The notes under the pieces are model-generated. The model saw only the letters and a program-made list of their open reading frames with translations, did no database searches and was not told where the DNA came from. This document shows positions 13,246-26,811 of a stretch of DNA of 64,000 nucleotides, in pieces. Numbering within the stretch: position 1 is the first letter of the stretch; every line of letters starts with the position of its first letter. The position numbers and the translations under genes are program-made. The stretch is taken from positions 22,506,001 through 22,570,000 of the forward strand of contig NC_043012.1 of assembly GCF_006345805.1 (NCBI RefSeq), in the 5' to 3' direction. This DNA comes from Octopus sinensis (lineage: Eukaryota).

Positions 13246-13286
<41 letters not shown>

Positions 13287-13677
13287 TATACACACAGACA
13301 TACATACATATAGATATGTACATATTTATATCATACAAAAATACATGCATATATGCATACAAACATCGACATATATATATATATATACATATATGTATGT
13401 GTGTGTGTATGTGTGTATATATTAATATATATGTATAACCATAATAGTTCTACATCCACTCAGGCTATGGGCATGAAGTGTGTAGTTATTTCCTCATAAC
13501 CGGGTTGATGTTTCTAAGTTCGGATCAGTATATAGATGGGGAGCTGCTTTTCTGAGCCCCCAAAATTTTACTAAATGTAATCAATTTATAAAGAGGGAAT
13601 ATAGAACCCCTCTGTATATACTCTGTATTGGGAGGTACCTTGACACATGTTCAAAAGAAGTCATTCTAAAACCTCCA

Positions 13678-13762
13678 GCCTACATTATTCTCATTCCTCA
13701 CCAACTACGAAAGTTTTATATATAAAATTTATTTAGTTGGTGAAGAATGGCAATAATGTAGG

Positions 13763-13763
<1 letters not shown>
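13678..13763. repeat. 86-nt hairpin
   Basis: gcctacattattctcattcctcaccaacta versus tagttggtgaagaatggcaataatgtaggc: 27/30 complementary. The loop is also partly self-complementary. Confidence 0.8.
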
Positions 13764-13803
<40 letters not shown>

Positions 13804-13985
13804 CACACACACATGCACACACAGATATATAGATACAGAAAAGTATATATATATATATATAATCATATATATGTGTATATATCTGTATTCATGTGTGTGC
13901 ATGTGTGGGTGTGTTAGGTATATATATATATATATATATACATACACATATCTATCTATCTATATATACATATATGTATGTGCAT

Positions 13986-14016
<31 letters not shown>

Positions 14017-14506
14017 TGTTGTGTCTGGGGAGAGTCATTCTCTTTTAGTGCCAACACATGAACTCACATAAAGGATCTTGCAAACCAAATCCCAAAACAA
14101 AATATATATGTGTGTGTATATATATATGCTATGTGGATCAGAACTTTGCTCTGTAAATACTTGCTTGCAGGTTCAGTCCTACTGTACATGACACAGAGCA
14201 ATTAGTAATAAACTTGGGAAAATCAATGCTAATGGAAGGAATGCAGTAGGCAGAAAATGTGTTTGTGTGTGAGAGAGGCTATGTACAGATCCAGGTGTTA
14301 GACTCTCATTGCTTGGTAAGCGGTGTCTGTTTGTTTACATTCAATAAATTGGTAGTTTGGCACAGGTGACTAACACAAGATGCACTAAACTTGAAATCAG
14401 TGAGACAGATAAAAGAACAAAGAATTTATACAATTGCATAACTTTATACATGGATTTGTTTGTATGTGTATATATATATATATATATATATACATATATT
14501 TTATTC

Positions 14507-14537
<31 letters not shown>

Positions 14538-14569
14538 CACATGCATATATATATATATGTATATATATA

Positions 14570-14602
<33 letters not shown>

Positions 14603-15213
14603 ATATACACACATACATAAATATGTGTGTGTTTATGTATTAATATGCATATATACACATGTACTTTCCTGTTTTTATACCCTTGCTAGTACCTGTACAT
14701 ATGTACAAATATAATTATATGTATATTTGTGCATGATGTAAACAGATACATAGAAGGGTACACATATATATACATATATAAATGCAGATTTTTATATATA
14801 TATGTGTGTGTGTGTGTTAATATGTTTATATGCCAGTATATATAAATTAAACTTATATAATCATATATATATGTACTCACACATACATCACACACACACA
14901 CATATATATATGTACACATGCATACCTATGCACAAACATATGTATATATATAATATTAATCTGACGGTTTTCTCCATTTTCAGATTATTTGTATATATAT
15001 ATATATATATGAAAAACATACATAAATATAATGGGCTTCTTTTGTTTCTCTCTACCAAATCTACTCAGAAGTTTCTAGTTAGTCCTAGGCTGGGATTGAA
15101 CACAGAACCTTGTGATTCAGAAGCATATTTTTAACTACAAAGCCATTCCATGTACATGTTTGTGAGTGTAATATGCACATATCTATATTGCATGAGTGTG
15201 TATAGATGAGTAC

Positions 15214-15259
<46 letters not shown>

Positions 15260-15261
<2 letters not shown>

Positions 15262-15430
15262 AGGTGCACGGCGTAGTGGTTAGTGTGTTGTAGTGATGTT
15301 TGTAAGATTGCAGTTTCAGTTCCTGGGCCAAGCAATGGGCCGTCTTCTTGAGTGAAACACTTCACTTCACATTGCTTCACTCAGCTGGCAGAAATGTGTA
15401 ACCCTGTGATGGATCAGCACCTCGTCCAGG
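15260..15430 (+). mobile_element. tRNA-derived SINE family D
   Basis: ggaggtgcacggcgtagtggttag head and cactcagctggcagaaatg core, shared with copies at 19.9, 21.7, 47.7, 50.6 and 58.5 kb. Confidence 0.65.
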
Positions 15431-15591
15431 AAAAGGACCTTTCAACCTAGTTTGTGAGGACCTTTGACCAATTTGTTCTGATATTTATGTGTCAATATAT
15501 ATGTGTGTGTGCATGTGTATACCTATCTGTTTATCTCATTTTCTCTGTTTCTCTTGACTTATTTATATATATATGTATATATATATATATT

Positions 15592-15813
15592 TCTTTACTA
15601 CCCACAAGGGGCTAAACACAGACGGGACAAACAAGGACAGACAAACGGATTAAGTCGATTATATCGACCCCAGTGTGTAGCTGGTACTTAATTTATCGAC
15701 CTGAAAGGATGAAAGGCAAAGTCGACCTCGGCGGAATTTGAACTCGGAACGTGACGACAGACGAAATACAGCTACGCATTTCGCCCAGCGTGCTAACGTT
15801 TCTGCCAGCTCGC
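15592..15813 (-). mobile_element. tRNA-derived SINE family F (probably Meta/MESC-type central domain)
   Basis: Reverse complement reads gcgagctggcagaaacgttagc...gagttcaaattccgccgaggtcgactttgcctttcatcctttcaggtcgataaattaagtaccag. The domain name is from recollection. Confidence 0.75.
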
Positions 15814-16019
15814 TTATATAATATAATTATATATATAAATAAATATATATAACTATATATATAATATATATATATATATACTATATATATATATATATAA
15901 TATATATATGTATATATAAAAAATATAAAATATATATATATATATAAAATGTATATGTATGTATAATATATGCACATATATGCAGATGAATATATATTTT
16001 TATTTTGCTTAAAGTCTGG

Positions 16020-16265
16020 TACCTAATATATCAATCTCTTTCGCTTGTCAAGCAGTGGTGGAACACAAACACAGGTACAAAAATGTATCTCCATGTATGC
16101 ACACACACACACACGATGGACTTCTGTCTACCAAACCTGCTCACATGGATTCGTCCAGCCTGAGGCTGTAGTAGAAGACACTTGCCGAAGGTGCCATGCA
16201 ATGGGACTGAAGTGAGAGCCATGTGGTGGGAAAGCAAATTTCCTACCACATGATCACAGACCTGC
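16020..16265 (-). mobile_element. SINE family A, diverged
   Basis: gcttgtcaagcagtggtgg...gaggctgtagtagaagacacttgccgaaggtgccatgcaatgggactgaa. Confidence 0.7.
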
Positions 16266-16384
16266 CCGAGGGAGTCGGGATCCCATTAGGGACCTGTAAA
16301 AACTTGGAGTAGCATGGAGCTGAATCAAAACACTTTAAATATATATATATATAGATACATATATATATATATATATATATAGAT

Positions 16385-16415
<31 letters not shown>

Positions 16416-17022
16416 TTATATATATATATATATATATTATACATATTTATATATATATATATATATAATATATATATATACATATTTATATATATATATA
16501 TATATACATTTATATATATATCTATATATATATACATATATGTCTATATGTACATTATAGCATTTATATACAACTACATTAATATTCTACATACAGCGTG
16601 AACCACTGGTGCTGGTATAGGAACAGAAGTGCTGATAATATTGAAGTAAAAAGTTTTTTTCATATTGTATAATCAGAATTCTGTATTAAGGATATGAAGC
16701 AGCTTAAATTTTAGACAACTTTAATATTTCGCTATACATAATAGCAAGTGAGTTTCCAGTTGTATTACATTTCATAACCATGAGGATATTAATATATATA
16801 TAATGTGTATTGCCTTAGGGGAAAGCAAATAGTCAGCAGCATGGTTTGAACTGTCATATAAACTGCTCAAACACACACACAAACATGCATACATAAAGAG
16901 TGGCGTATCTTATTACATAAATGTATACACATATATAAACATGTATATACCCGTACATACACATTATAAATGCATACACATATATTTATTATATATATAT
17001 ATATATATATAATATATATATC

Positions 17023-17055
<33 letters not shown>

Positions 17056-17192
17056 GCATGTATACATATATGCATGTATATATACAACATATATATCTAT
17101 ATATCTATATATATACATTGATATAAGCATATACATATATACAGAAACATATATTTAGATGCATTATACATAACATGTATATATATGTATAC

Positions 17193-17228
<36 letters not shown>

Positions 17229-17233
17229 GTATG

Positions 17234-17276
<43 letters not shown>

Positions 17277-17774
17277 TAATATATATATATATAGATATAT
17301 ATATACATACATATATATATATGATGTTACATACATATATATATATGTAAACATACATATATATATATATATATATACATGTATATATATACACATGTAT
17401 ATATATACACATGTATATATGCATATATATATACACACATATTTATATATAAACATATATTTATATGCATATATATACACACATACAAACATACACATGC
17501 ACACATATATCGATACATATACATATATCCATATAAATGTATGTGTGTGAGTGTCAATGTATTTCTACTCTAACATACATACACATGCATGCAAATACAA
17601 AGATCTAAGCATGAGATTATACGAGTTCACATTCTTTCCTGAAGACTTGGGGGTATCTAATAAAGCGAAGAGTTACAAAATAAATGCATTTCTATATATA
17701 CACACACACATACATATATATATGTATACATGCATATGAAAGTATCAATATATTTATATTTATGTTTTTCACTG

Positions 17775-18095
17775 CTCCTCTTTTACTTGTTTCAGCCATT
17801 GAAATGTGGCCATGCTGGGGCACTGCCCTGATGTGATTTAGAGTGATACTTCTATCAGTGTCTTTAAGTGACCTGCTAGATTACATAAAGTAACAAAAAC
17901 TGGTTTTCAATCAGTGGAGTGGGACAAATACTGATACAAGCATGCACTCACCCATGCACATATACACAGTTTGCGTCAACTAAACTCACTCATAAGGCAT
18001 TCGTAGACCCAACCCTAGTGGAAGGTGCCACAAAATCGAATTGAACGTGAAACGACATGGTTATAAAGCAAGCTACTTAACTACACTAACATGCC
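17775..18095 (-). mobile_element. SINE family A, diverged
   Basis: ttttacttgtttcagccattgaaatgtggccatgctggggc...gcaagctacttaactacac. Confidence 0.65.
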
Positions 18096-18328
18096 TAAAT
18101 ACACATACACATATGTGTGTATGTGTGTGTGTGTGTATATTTTATCAATTTCTCATTTTATTAAAATTTTCTTTCATTTGAGCATTCTGCATTTTAAAAA
18201 AAATTTTTCCTTACTATATATATATATATATATACATACACATATATCTATACATAAGTGTACATTTAAATATTTATATCATCATCATCATCGTTTAATG
18301 TCTGCCTTCCATGCTACCATAGTTAGGA

Positions 18329-18366
<38 letters not shown>

Positions 18367-18401
18367 ATATATATATATATATGTGTGTGTATGTGTGTGT
18401 G

Positions 18402-18438
<37 letters not shown>

Positions 18439-18949
18439 AGAGAGAGATAGGGGAAGAGAGAGACAAAGATAGATAAATAGATACATATTTATGTATATAC
18501 ATGTGTATACATATATAATATATACATATATATATACACACACACATATATTAACGTAATATATGTGTTAAATATCATCCCTCTTGCATTGTCTATTTCA
18601 GTTTTATTGTTCACACCATTTAAATATGAATGCTCACATATACACATGCATATACATACATTCATCCACACACACACACACTGCCATAGGTTTAATGACC
18701 AGTGTTTTGCATGGGTCAAAAAGAATTCATTGATCTGAAGAGCTGATGATTACTCTATTGCCAGATTTCACTGACTCCGAAACTAGGCAATATTGCCCCA
18801 TGACCAGCTATCAAAAGTAAATACCATCGCTGGTATGACAGTGGTACTCGTTTACAACCATGAAGCTATGTTCAAAGAAGGCACAAACACTCATATCTAT
18901 GTTTATTATGTATATGTGTGTGTGTGTGTGTATATACTTATATATGATG

Positions 18950-19140
18950 GATCGTTAGCTCCTACACGCATTTTTATCTCTCCTTGTTTTTTTTCTGTAT
19001 ATCTTTCTGTCGAAGAGCGTGGGCTCAAAACGTAAAAGACTTGTTCTATTTCTATTCCTGAGCGCCATACTAATACATTTGTTTGTTTGTACTCTACCTG
19101 CCTTCGTCTTTTGTTTATTTTCGTAAATCTTCCCGTTATA
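18950..19140 (+). mobile_element. Penelope-like pLTR remnant (hammerhead-bearing family, copy 2)
   Basis: Hammerhead-like motif at 19003-19038: CUUU-CUGUCGA-A-GAGC GUGG GCUC-AAAAC-GUA-AAAG. The downstream ~100 nt match copy 1. Confidence 0.65.
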
Positions 19141-19568
19141 AATATATATGTGTATATATATATATATAAATATATACACAGTAGAACCAAAGTTTTCAAA
19201 CAACTCTGATCAGAAATAAATCCTATTTATCTCCTGTTTTTCTCATATTCATTTAATACAGTATTACCTTAGTTTATGAACATCTCTGATCATGAATAAA
19301 TCATGCTTTATCTATCTGTCGGTCTGTCTATCTATCTATCTATATATGTATATGTATATATAAAGCTGGAGTTATTCGTGATCATTGTTGTTGGAAAAAA
19401 ACGAGGTATAACTGTAAATGTATATATACACATATATATATATATTTATACATATATAAATATTCATAAAATAAGGATAAAAATCATGTTAATGATAATT
19501 GTCAGGTAGTCAGCATGGAAAAATTCAATTTATAGCAATTTATATATTAAATTGATAATTGCATATAT

Positions 19569-19601
<33 letters not shown>

Positions 19602-19924
19602 ATTATTAATTTAATACACACAAACATATATGTATATATATTTTACATATATTTCACGTATATTTGTAAAATAATGACCTTCTACCACCATGTTGGCATG
19701 GATTGGATGGTTTGATAGAATTAGAGAAACTGTAAGACTATGTCAGGCTCCAATAAAAGTTTTGGCATTGGATGGATGCCATTCCAATGTAATGTAAGAA
19801 CCTGTAACTTACTCATGTCAGCTTGGTTTAATGTCTAAATGCCCTTTCTAATTCTAACTTCCCTACCAAATATATTTTCTTGTGGCAGGAATAGAGGAGA
19901 ATTTGAAAAGACCTCAGCCATAAC

Positions 19925-20208
19925 TGGCTTTCTGTTGGTTATGACAGAAAGTGTTCCAGTTCATCTGACAAACAGAATAGCCTTCTCATGAAATTAATGT
20001 GCAAAGTGGTTGGGTACTCCACAGATACATGTATCCTTAATGTAGTTCTCAAGGAGATACACGTACAACTCATCTTTACGAGCTGAGTTGGACAGGACCA
20101 ACATGAAATGAAGTGCTTTGCTTCAGGACACAAGATGCTGATGGGAATTGAACTCATAACTAAATGATCATGAGCTGAATACTCTAACCATGAAGCCATG
20201 CACCTTCA
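19925..20208 (-). mobile_element. SINE family D
   Basis: agctgagttggacaggaccaacatgaaatgaagtgctttgcttcagg...tctaaccatgaagccatgcacc. Confidence 0.65.
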
Positions 20209-20889
20209 CAGCAATACGCGATTGAAGGGACCACATAACCCTACACTTTCTTGGTTTATTTTTCAATCATTTTACAATGGGAACAGACTGGAGCTTTATT
20301 GTACCTGCACCAGTGAGGCAGACCCCTCTACCATTCATCTGCAGAGGACCAGACTGGATTCTTTGGTGGCACTGACACAGAGGCCATAGTGCTTTGCATT
20401 CAGTAAATATAGAGAGTCCTTTACTAACCTATGGCATGCAATTTTGCAGAGGGGAAGGCGAAAGGGAGGGACAACAAAATGGAAGTTTTAAAGAGTAAAT
20501 GTAGGGAGTACTCAATAACATTAGGTATATATAATTGCTTAGGCAAGCTAGAAAGGTAGTAAGAGAGGGAGAGGGCAAGAGAGAGATTAAAAGGACCGGA
20601 AAGTGTACATGCACATGCTCACAGTATATACATATGTATATATACTGTTGTTGAGTAATGATCTTAAGTGCAACAGATTATATAAGGCAGTTCAGTTAAC
20701 TAAGAGTATTTATACATAGAAGTGTGTGTGTAGATTTATTTACATATAGATAGATATGGATATATATACATATATATACACACACACACAAACATTAATA
20801 TGAATATATATATCTATATCCAAGTATGTGTCGATGTATATATACATATAAAAAATATATAGGTGAACATCTTGATGATGATGATGATG

Positions 20890-21205
20890 ATAAAAGTAGA
20901 TATTTACAAGACTCTTAAGTACGTAATAGCCTGGCTATGGAAAATGAAGAAGGTGAAGATAGTACCAATTATTGTTGGTTCCTTGGGGACAGTATCAGAA
21001 AGCATCAAGAGGAATTTAAAGGGAATCAGAATAGAGTCCTCAGTAGAACTTTTACAAAAGGTCTGCCTCCTTAGCATGGCCAGAATAATCAAGAGAATGC
21101 TAGACAATTGGAAAGGAACTGATAACATGGTACTGTAGGCTGCAGACAGCAAGCCCGCTACACATCCAAGACCCCAGGAGTTCCAGCAAACTCTGAGTTA
21201 AAAAG
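20890..21205 (+). mobile_element. 5'-truncated R4/Dong-clade non-LTR retrotransposon (RLE C-terminus plus 3'UTR)
   Basis: KVDIYKTLKYVIAWLWKMKKVKIVPIIVGSLGTVSESIKRNLKGIRIESSVELLQKVCLLSMARIIKRMLD matches the K..KY..L...W....VP(V/I)(V/I)(V/I)G(A/S)LG RLE tail. (TAA)n follows. Confidence 0.8.
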
Positions 21206-21245
21206 AATAATGACAATGGTAATAATAATAATAATAATAAATAAT

Positions 21246-21520
21246 GGGAGGTTAGGTAGTTGTGGTCGATGAAAAAGGCAGTAGTAGTAGCAATAATTGT
21301 CAGAGCCCTGGGAACAGTGAGTAAAAATCTTGAGAAGTACATGGAACAAAGAGGGCTGCAATAAGGTGGAGCACTTGCAGAAAACAGCAATGCTTGGAAC
21401 TGCTCAAATACTCTGAATGGTGCTCAAAAAATAAGGGGTGTTACCTTAGTTCTCTGGTAGTGAACAGCTGGCACCATGGTACATCTCCAGCATTAGAAGC
21501 TGTGCCATTTTTGACAATAC

Positions 21521-21521
<1 letters not shown>
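21246..21521 (+). mobile_element. Second R4/Dong 3' fragment stacked on the (TAA)n of the first
   Basis: LWSMKKAVVVAIIVRALGTVSKNLEKYME, then a 3'UTR similar to that at 44.25 kb, then (TAA)n at 21521-21572. Confidence 0.75.
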
Positions 21522-21573
<52 letters not shown>

Positions 21574-22113
21574 CACTATTATTATTATTATATATATTAT
21601 CATAATTATCATGGTGTTGACCAGATTATCAGACGTTGTTATACATCACTGGTCACAATGCCCTTTGCATTGTTTCATCCTTTGAATGATGCCACCCTGC
21701 TGACTAGGTAAACAAGCCAATATTTCCCCCCAATCAGAAAACTTTTCTGCTACAGGGATACACATTTGCAGTGGAGTGGAATGGTGCAACATGAAATGAA
21801 GTGTTTTGCTCAAGAACACAATGCACTGCCTGGTTCAGGAATTGAACCAACAAGCTAGCAATCATGAGTGCAACACCTTAACCACTTGGCTTTCACATTA
21901 TAATTATAATAACAATTATTATCATTTCATTAGATTTAAACAGTAGGAAATAAAATGTGACTCAAAAGCCAAGAGTTTCATGCATGATGCTTATCAAACA
22001 ATGATTAAAATTATTATTTACACCTACTCTTGTATTGAGTTGTATATACCCTGTTTTTTCTACCAAATGCATAATACTATGGTGTGTGTGTAAAGAAGTA
22101 TGTATACATACAA

Positions 22114-22156
<43 letters not shown>

Positions 22157-22436
22157 TGTATGTGTGTATATTGCATATATACATATACATATATATATAT
22201 ATATATATGTATGTATATTTACAAGGATAAAAATCTGGCAAAGTGGGCAGATAAAAGACGATGGGCAAACAAGAAAAAAACTCACCCAATCTCTCATGAG
22301 ACATCGGCCAAACACAGCTACACTTTTGACAACTTTTATTTACACACAAACACACACACATGTATTCATCCCATGCCTGCATGGAACATAATTGTTATAT
22401 CGGAATGAAATACACACACACATATATACCCACCAG

Positions 22437-22678
22437 AATATGGTTCTATCAGTCAACCAAACTTCATATTTCCAGGAGAAGATGACGGGGCGAGTGGTAC
22501 CCCTGGACTATTTACCCAGCATAACCTAACAAATTTAGAGAATTGTGAGAAAGAGAGAGACATAAAGAGAAAGAGAGATGGTCAAACTGAGAGGCAGGAA
22601 AAAGTCAAGCTACGAATGGAGAGAATAATTAATTTATCAAAACCCAAAGATTTGAGTGATCAAGTTGAACTTGATTGA
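22437..22678 (+). CDS. Candidate terminal coding exon, phase 1: (E)YGSISQPNFIFPGEDDGASGTPGLFTQHNLTNLENCEKERDIKRKRDGQTERQEKVKLRMERIINLSKPKDLSDQVELD*
   Basis: About 80 open codons in unique, purine-rich DNA. In-frame phase-1 acceptors cccaccag|22437 and atatttccag|22476, and TGA at 22676-22678. No homology recognised. Confidence 0.5.
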
Positions 22679-22827
22679 GATTGAATTATGAATATTGCAA
22701 AGACGAGAATAGACATATCACAATGAATTCTATTTGACATGCCAACAATTAAGCATGAAAACCACACACAAATATAAGTGTGTGTGTGTATACACATATA
22801 TATACACACAGGCACACACAGCTACAC

Positions 22828-22871
<44 letters not shown>

Positions 22872-23394
22872 AACATATATGATGATAATGTTTATGATCA
22901 GATGTATATATATATATATACATATATGGATATTTACAAGAAATTATCTAATATCTTGTATATGGATATATGTGTGTGTACGTGCATATGTATCTACTAT
23001 ATTATATATATATATACATATATATACTATATATATATATATAGTATATACATCCACATGTTTGTATGTATATATGTATACATGAATGCACACACAAACA
23101 CACACACAAAGCATTTGTAATGCAAATATATATTTATAAACAATTAGATACACAGATATAAACATACACACAAACACACAAACATATATATATATATATA
23201 TATATCATACATTCAATAAGGATATAAATATGGGTATATATGTATATATATATATATGCACACACACATATATGGGTATATGTATGTATGTGTCTGTATA
23301 TATGTGTGTATATATATATATATAAACACATGTATATGACATATATATTTATATCTATATAAAAACACATGTATATAGCATATTCATTTATCTG

Positions 23395-23435
<41 letters not shown>

Positions 23436-23599
23436 CATACACTAGTTACATAACTAGATAAATCAAAGCCAATATATACATTCCTGCCCTTCCATACATG
23501 TATGTATATGCATGTATTCATAAACAAGCAGATATATGTATATTCATGTGACAGAGCTATAAACACACACTCATAAACATAAGTATGTATATCTGCATA

Positions 23600-23634
<35 letters not shown>

Positions 23635-23991
23635 TTATATAAATATATTTATAGTCATTTGTGTTTATATATTATTGTTTGCATGTGCATATACATATAT
23701 GCATGTGTGTACATATACATACACATTATATATATAAACATGTATATGCCTGTCTTTATATACACACACACACGTATATATATGTGTGTGTTTTCATGCA
23801 CTTATACATATGTCTGTACATATATATGTCTAAGCATACAATGTTTTTAAGATTAATATCTCTTAATGGATTACAATGTGTTTGTTTACTGGATGAAAGT
23901 ACCTGCTGTTAATCCTCCCCATGTAATGAAGGATTCCCAGGTGTAAGGAAATGCCAAAAATAAAAACTTGGGTTCATCATTTCCTTTTCAG

Positions 23992-24044
23992 AGCAACACT
24001 ATGGCAAATATGTTAAGGAAATTCTTCGACTGAGATTAGAAACT
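23992..24044 (+). CDS. Candidate exon: (E)[17 protein letters not shown]
   Basis: Strong acceptor catttccttttcag, open frame, weak donor ACT|gtgtct. Confidence 0.2.
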
Positions 24045-24125
24045 GTGTCTCTGATGAGAGCATACATGTATCTGTCTGTCTGTCAATCTCTCTCTATAGC
24101 TATGCATAAATATATATATTATATA

Positions 24126-24175
<50 letters not shown>

Positions 24176-24237
24176 CATAAAGAGAAAGAGAGAGAGATTT
24201 ATAAATATGTATATATACATATTCATATATATTTATA

Positions 24238-24272
<35 letters not shown>

Positions 24273-24501
24273 TCACACACACACATTATAATATATACAC
24301 ATGTCCATACACACACATATATACACATACACACATAATTGTGTCTATGCGTGTGTGTGTATATATATACAAATATATGTAAATGTATACATACATCTAT
24401 GTTATATGTATATAAACTTAAATATATATGTATATATTAGCATATACGTATGTTTATATGTATACTTAATATATATATATATATGCATGTGTGTGTGTAC
24501 A

Positions 24502-24534
<33 letters not shown>

Positions 24535-25574
24535 TGTACACGTGTGTAAACAAAATCTTAAACTCTCCAAATGTGTAAAGGTGAGATGATGATGATGTAC
24601 ACATGTACACATTCACACGTGTCTGTGTGAATGCATACATGTTATAAGTCTAGAATAACTTACAAACTAAGACGTGCCTCTCTGTCTGCACACATATATA
24701 TATATATATGTGAGTTTGTATATACAAGAAACTTATGCATCAAATATATGCACACATGTGTGTATGTTTGTTTGTGTATCTCTACATACATCCATAAGCA
24801 GATATAACTTCATAGATGTCTACTGTAACATATGTCTCTACATACGTGCACGTATTTAAGTGGACACATACACTGAGTCGTTTGTTTTTTAAGGCTATAC
24901 GTTGCACAATAAACACACATTGCCTCTCTCTTTCACACCCCAACACTCTCTGTTACTCACACACTCACACACATTATACATCTGCAGTCATGTTGCTGCA
25001 TTGTGTCTAGATGCAAGTATACATGGACACACTCATAGAGACACACACCCTTACAATAGACACACACACAAACACTTTGAGAATACTTTTGAAAATGTTA
25101 TACATTCACACAAACACACATATATATAAATATAACTTTCATACCAAAATAACCAGTGACTTGAAATTCACAAGAGTAATCATAAAACTCACAGACAAAG
25201 GAATATAATATTATTATTGCAGCCAATTTTAACTGCAAATTTTATAATACTCACCTAATAATGATATGTAAAAATCAAATATTCCCTGATTAAAACATAT
25301 AGATTTTTTTTTTTTCAGCAATGGGGGACTCTGCACTACTGCATGGGAAGTTTAAAAACATGAGCGTGTCTTAAGAAGGAGATGCTACTATATGAACCTG
25401 TTAAGCTACAGATTAAATATCTCCTCACCATTGAAAATATTGAACAAATTCAAATGAACAGAAAATCGAGTGAAAAATATCTATTTCTACAATGGATAGA
25501 TTTCTTTTTCTATCGGCAAGAAATATAAATATGTATCTATCAATAAAACGTTTTAGCAGTGTTGGTGGAAAGCA

Positions 25575-25629
<55 letters not shown>

Positions 25630-25659
25630 TGTGTGTATGTATATATATATGTGTGTGTA

Positions 25660-25703
<44 letters not shown>

Positions 25704-25814
25704 ATGTGTGTGCATGTATATTTATACATATATGTGTGTATGTATGCATATGTATGTATACATATAAACATGCACACACACACACACACACATATATGCA
25801 CACATACATACAGA

Positions 25815-26200
25815 TATAGGTGTAGGTATGGCTGTGTACTAAGAAGTCTGCTTCCTAACCACATGGAGTTGAGTTCAGTTCTACTGTGTATCATTCTGGG
25901 CAAGTGTCCTTCTACTATTGTCTTGGGCTGACCATAAACTTGTAAGTGGATTTGGTCAAGGGAAACTGAAAGAAGCCTGTTGTACAGGCATATGTGTGCA
26001 TGTGTCCTCCTTACTGCTTGAGAACTGGTGTTGGTCTGATTACATATCATGACTTAATGGTTTGGCAAAAGAGGCCAATAGAATGACCAGTAGGCTTAAC
26101 AAGGAAACAAAAAAGGGTACTGTGGTTGATTAATTTGGCTGCCGATCGTCCAGTGTGGTACCTCAACCTGGCTACAGCCTAATGACTGAAACAAATACAA
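25815..26200 (+). mobile_element. SINE family A, diverged full-length
   Basis: ggtgtaggtatggctgtgtactaag...gggcaagtgtccttctactattg...gactgaaacaaatac. Confidence 0.7.
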
Positions 26201-26435
26201 TAAAAGATATACATCCATGTGAGTATAAATGTGGTTAAGTTCACTTCAATTTATGTGGACCTACAACATAGAAAGCTGTGTAAAACAGTCTTACAGTCAA
26301 ACATAAATGCAGATTTTGTCTTGTCTTTTAATGTAAAATTGCTTACACTTATATTCACACACACACATATATTATGTATATATTATTTACACATGATGTA
26401 TAGAAATATATATATGCATGTATTGTTGGCTCCAG

Positions 26436-26583
26436 CTTGTATCCGAGCATTGGGTTTGTCAGTTTCCGTCTAGGCTCCTTGGCTGATGTTTGTGCTGAAA
26501 GTGACTTTGGAGTCCCAGCCAATGGTGAAAGAGTCATGGGCAGAACTTGCATGGGATGGTCAGTGCAGGTCGAGGATGTTGAA
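26436..26583 (+). other. GC-richer unique island with open frames on both strands (candidate exon or retro-fragment)
   Basis: ggctccag|C...GAA|gtatga gives LYPSIGFVSFRLGSLADVCAESDFGVPANGERVMGRTCMGWSVQVEDVE. The minus strand also reads openly as an S/T/P-rich peptide. Confidence 0.25.
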
Positions 26584-26811
26584 GTATGAATATAATATAT
26601 ATACATTTAGACACATATACATATTCATACATGCATACATACATACTGATAAATATATAACCACGCACACACACATATTTGAATATATATATATGTATAT
26701 ATGGCTGAGTGAACAGATAAAAAAAGAGGCACTCAACAACACATTTAGTAGGAGTTACTAAATGTAACTCCACCAAAATGTTTTAAAAAATGATATAGAC
26801 ATATCATAATC

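Noticed and set aside
18757-18870. Apparent exons on both strands (DFTDSETRQYCPMTSYQK; FMVVNEYHCHTSDG)
   Set aside because: The sequence resembles 30995-31040 and 62140-62180, so it is a dispersed repeat fragment.
24047-24070. CTGATGA hammerhead core string
   Set aside because: No downstream stem II or GAAA.
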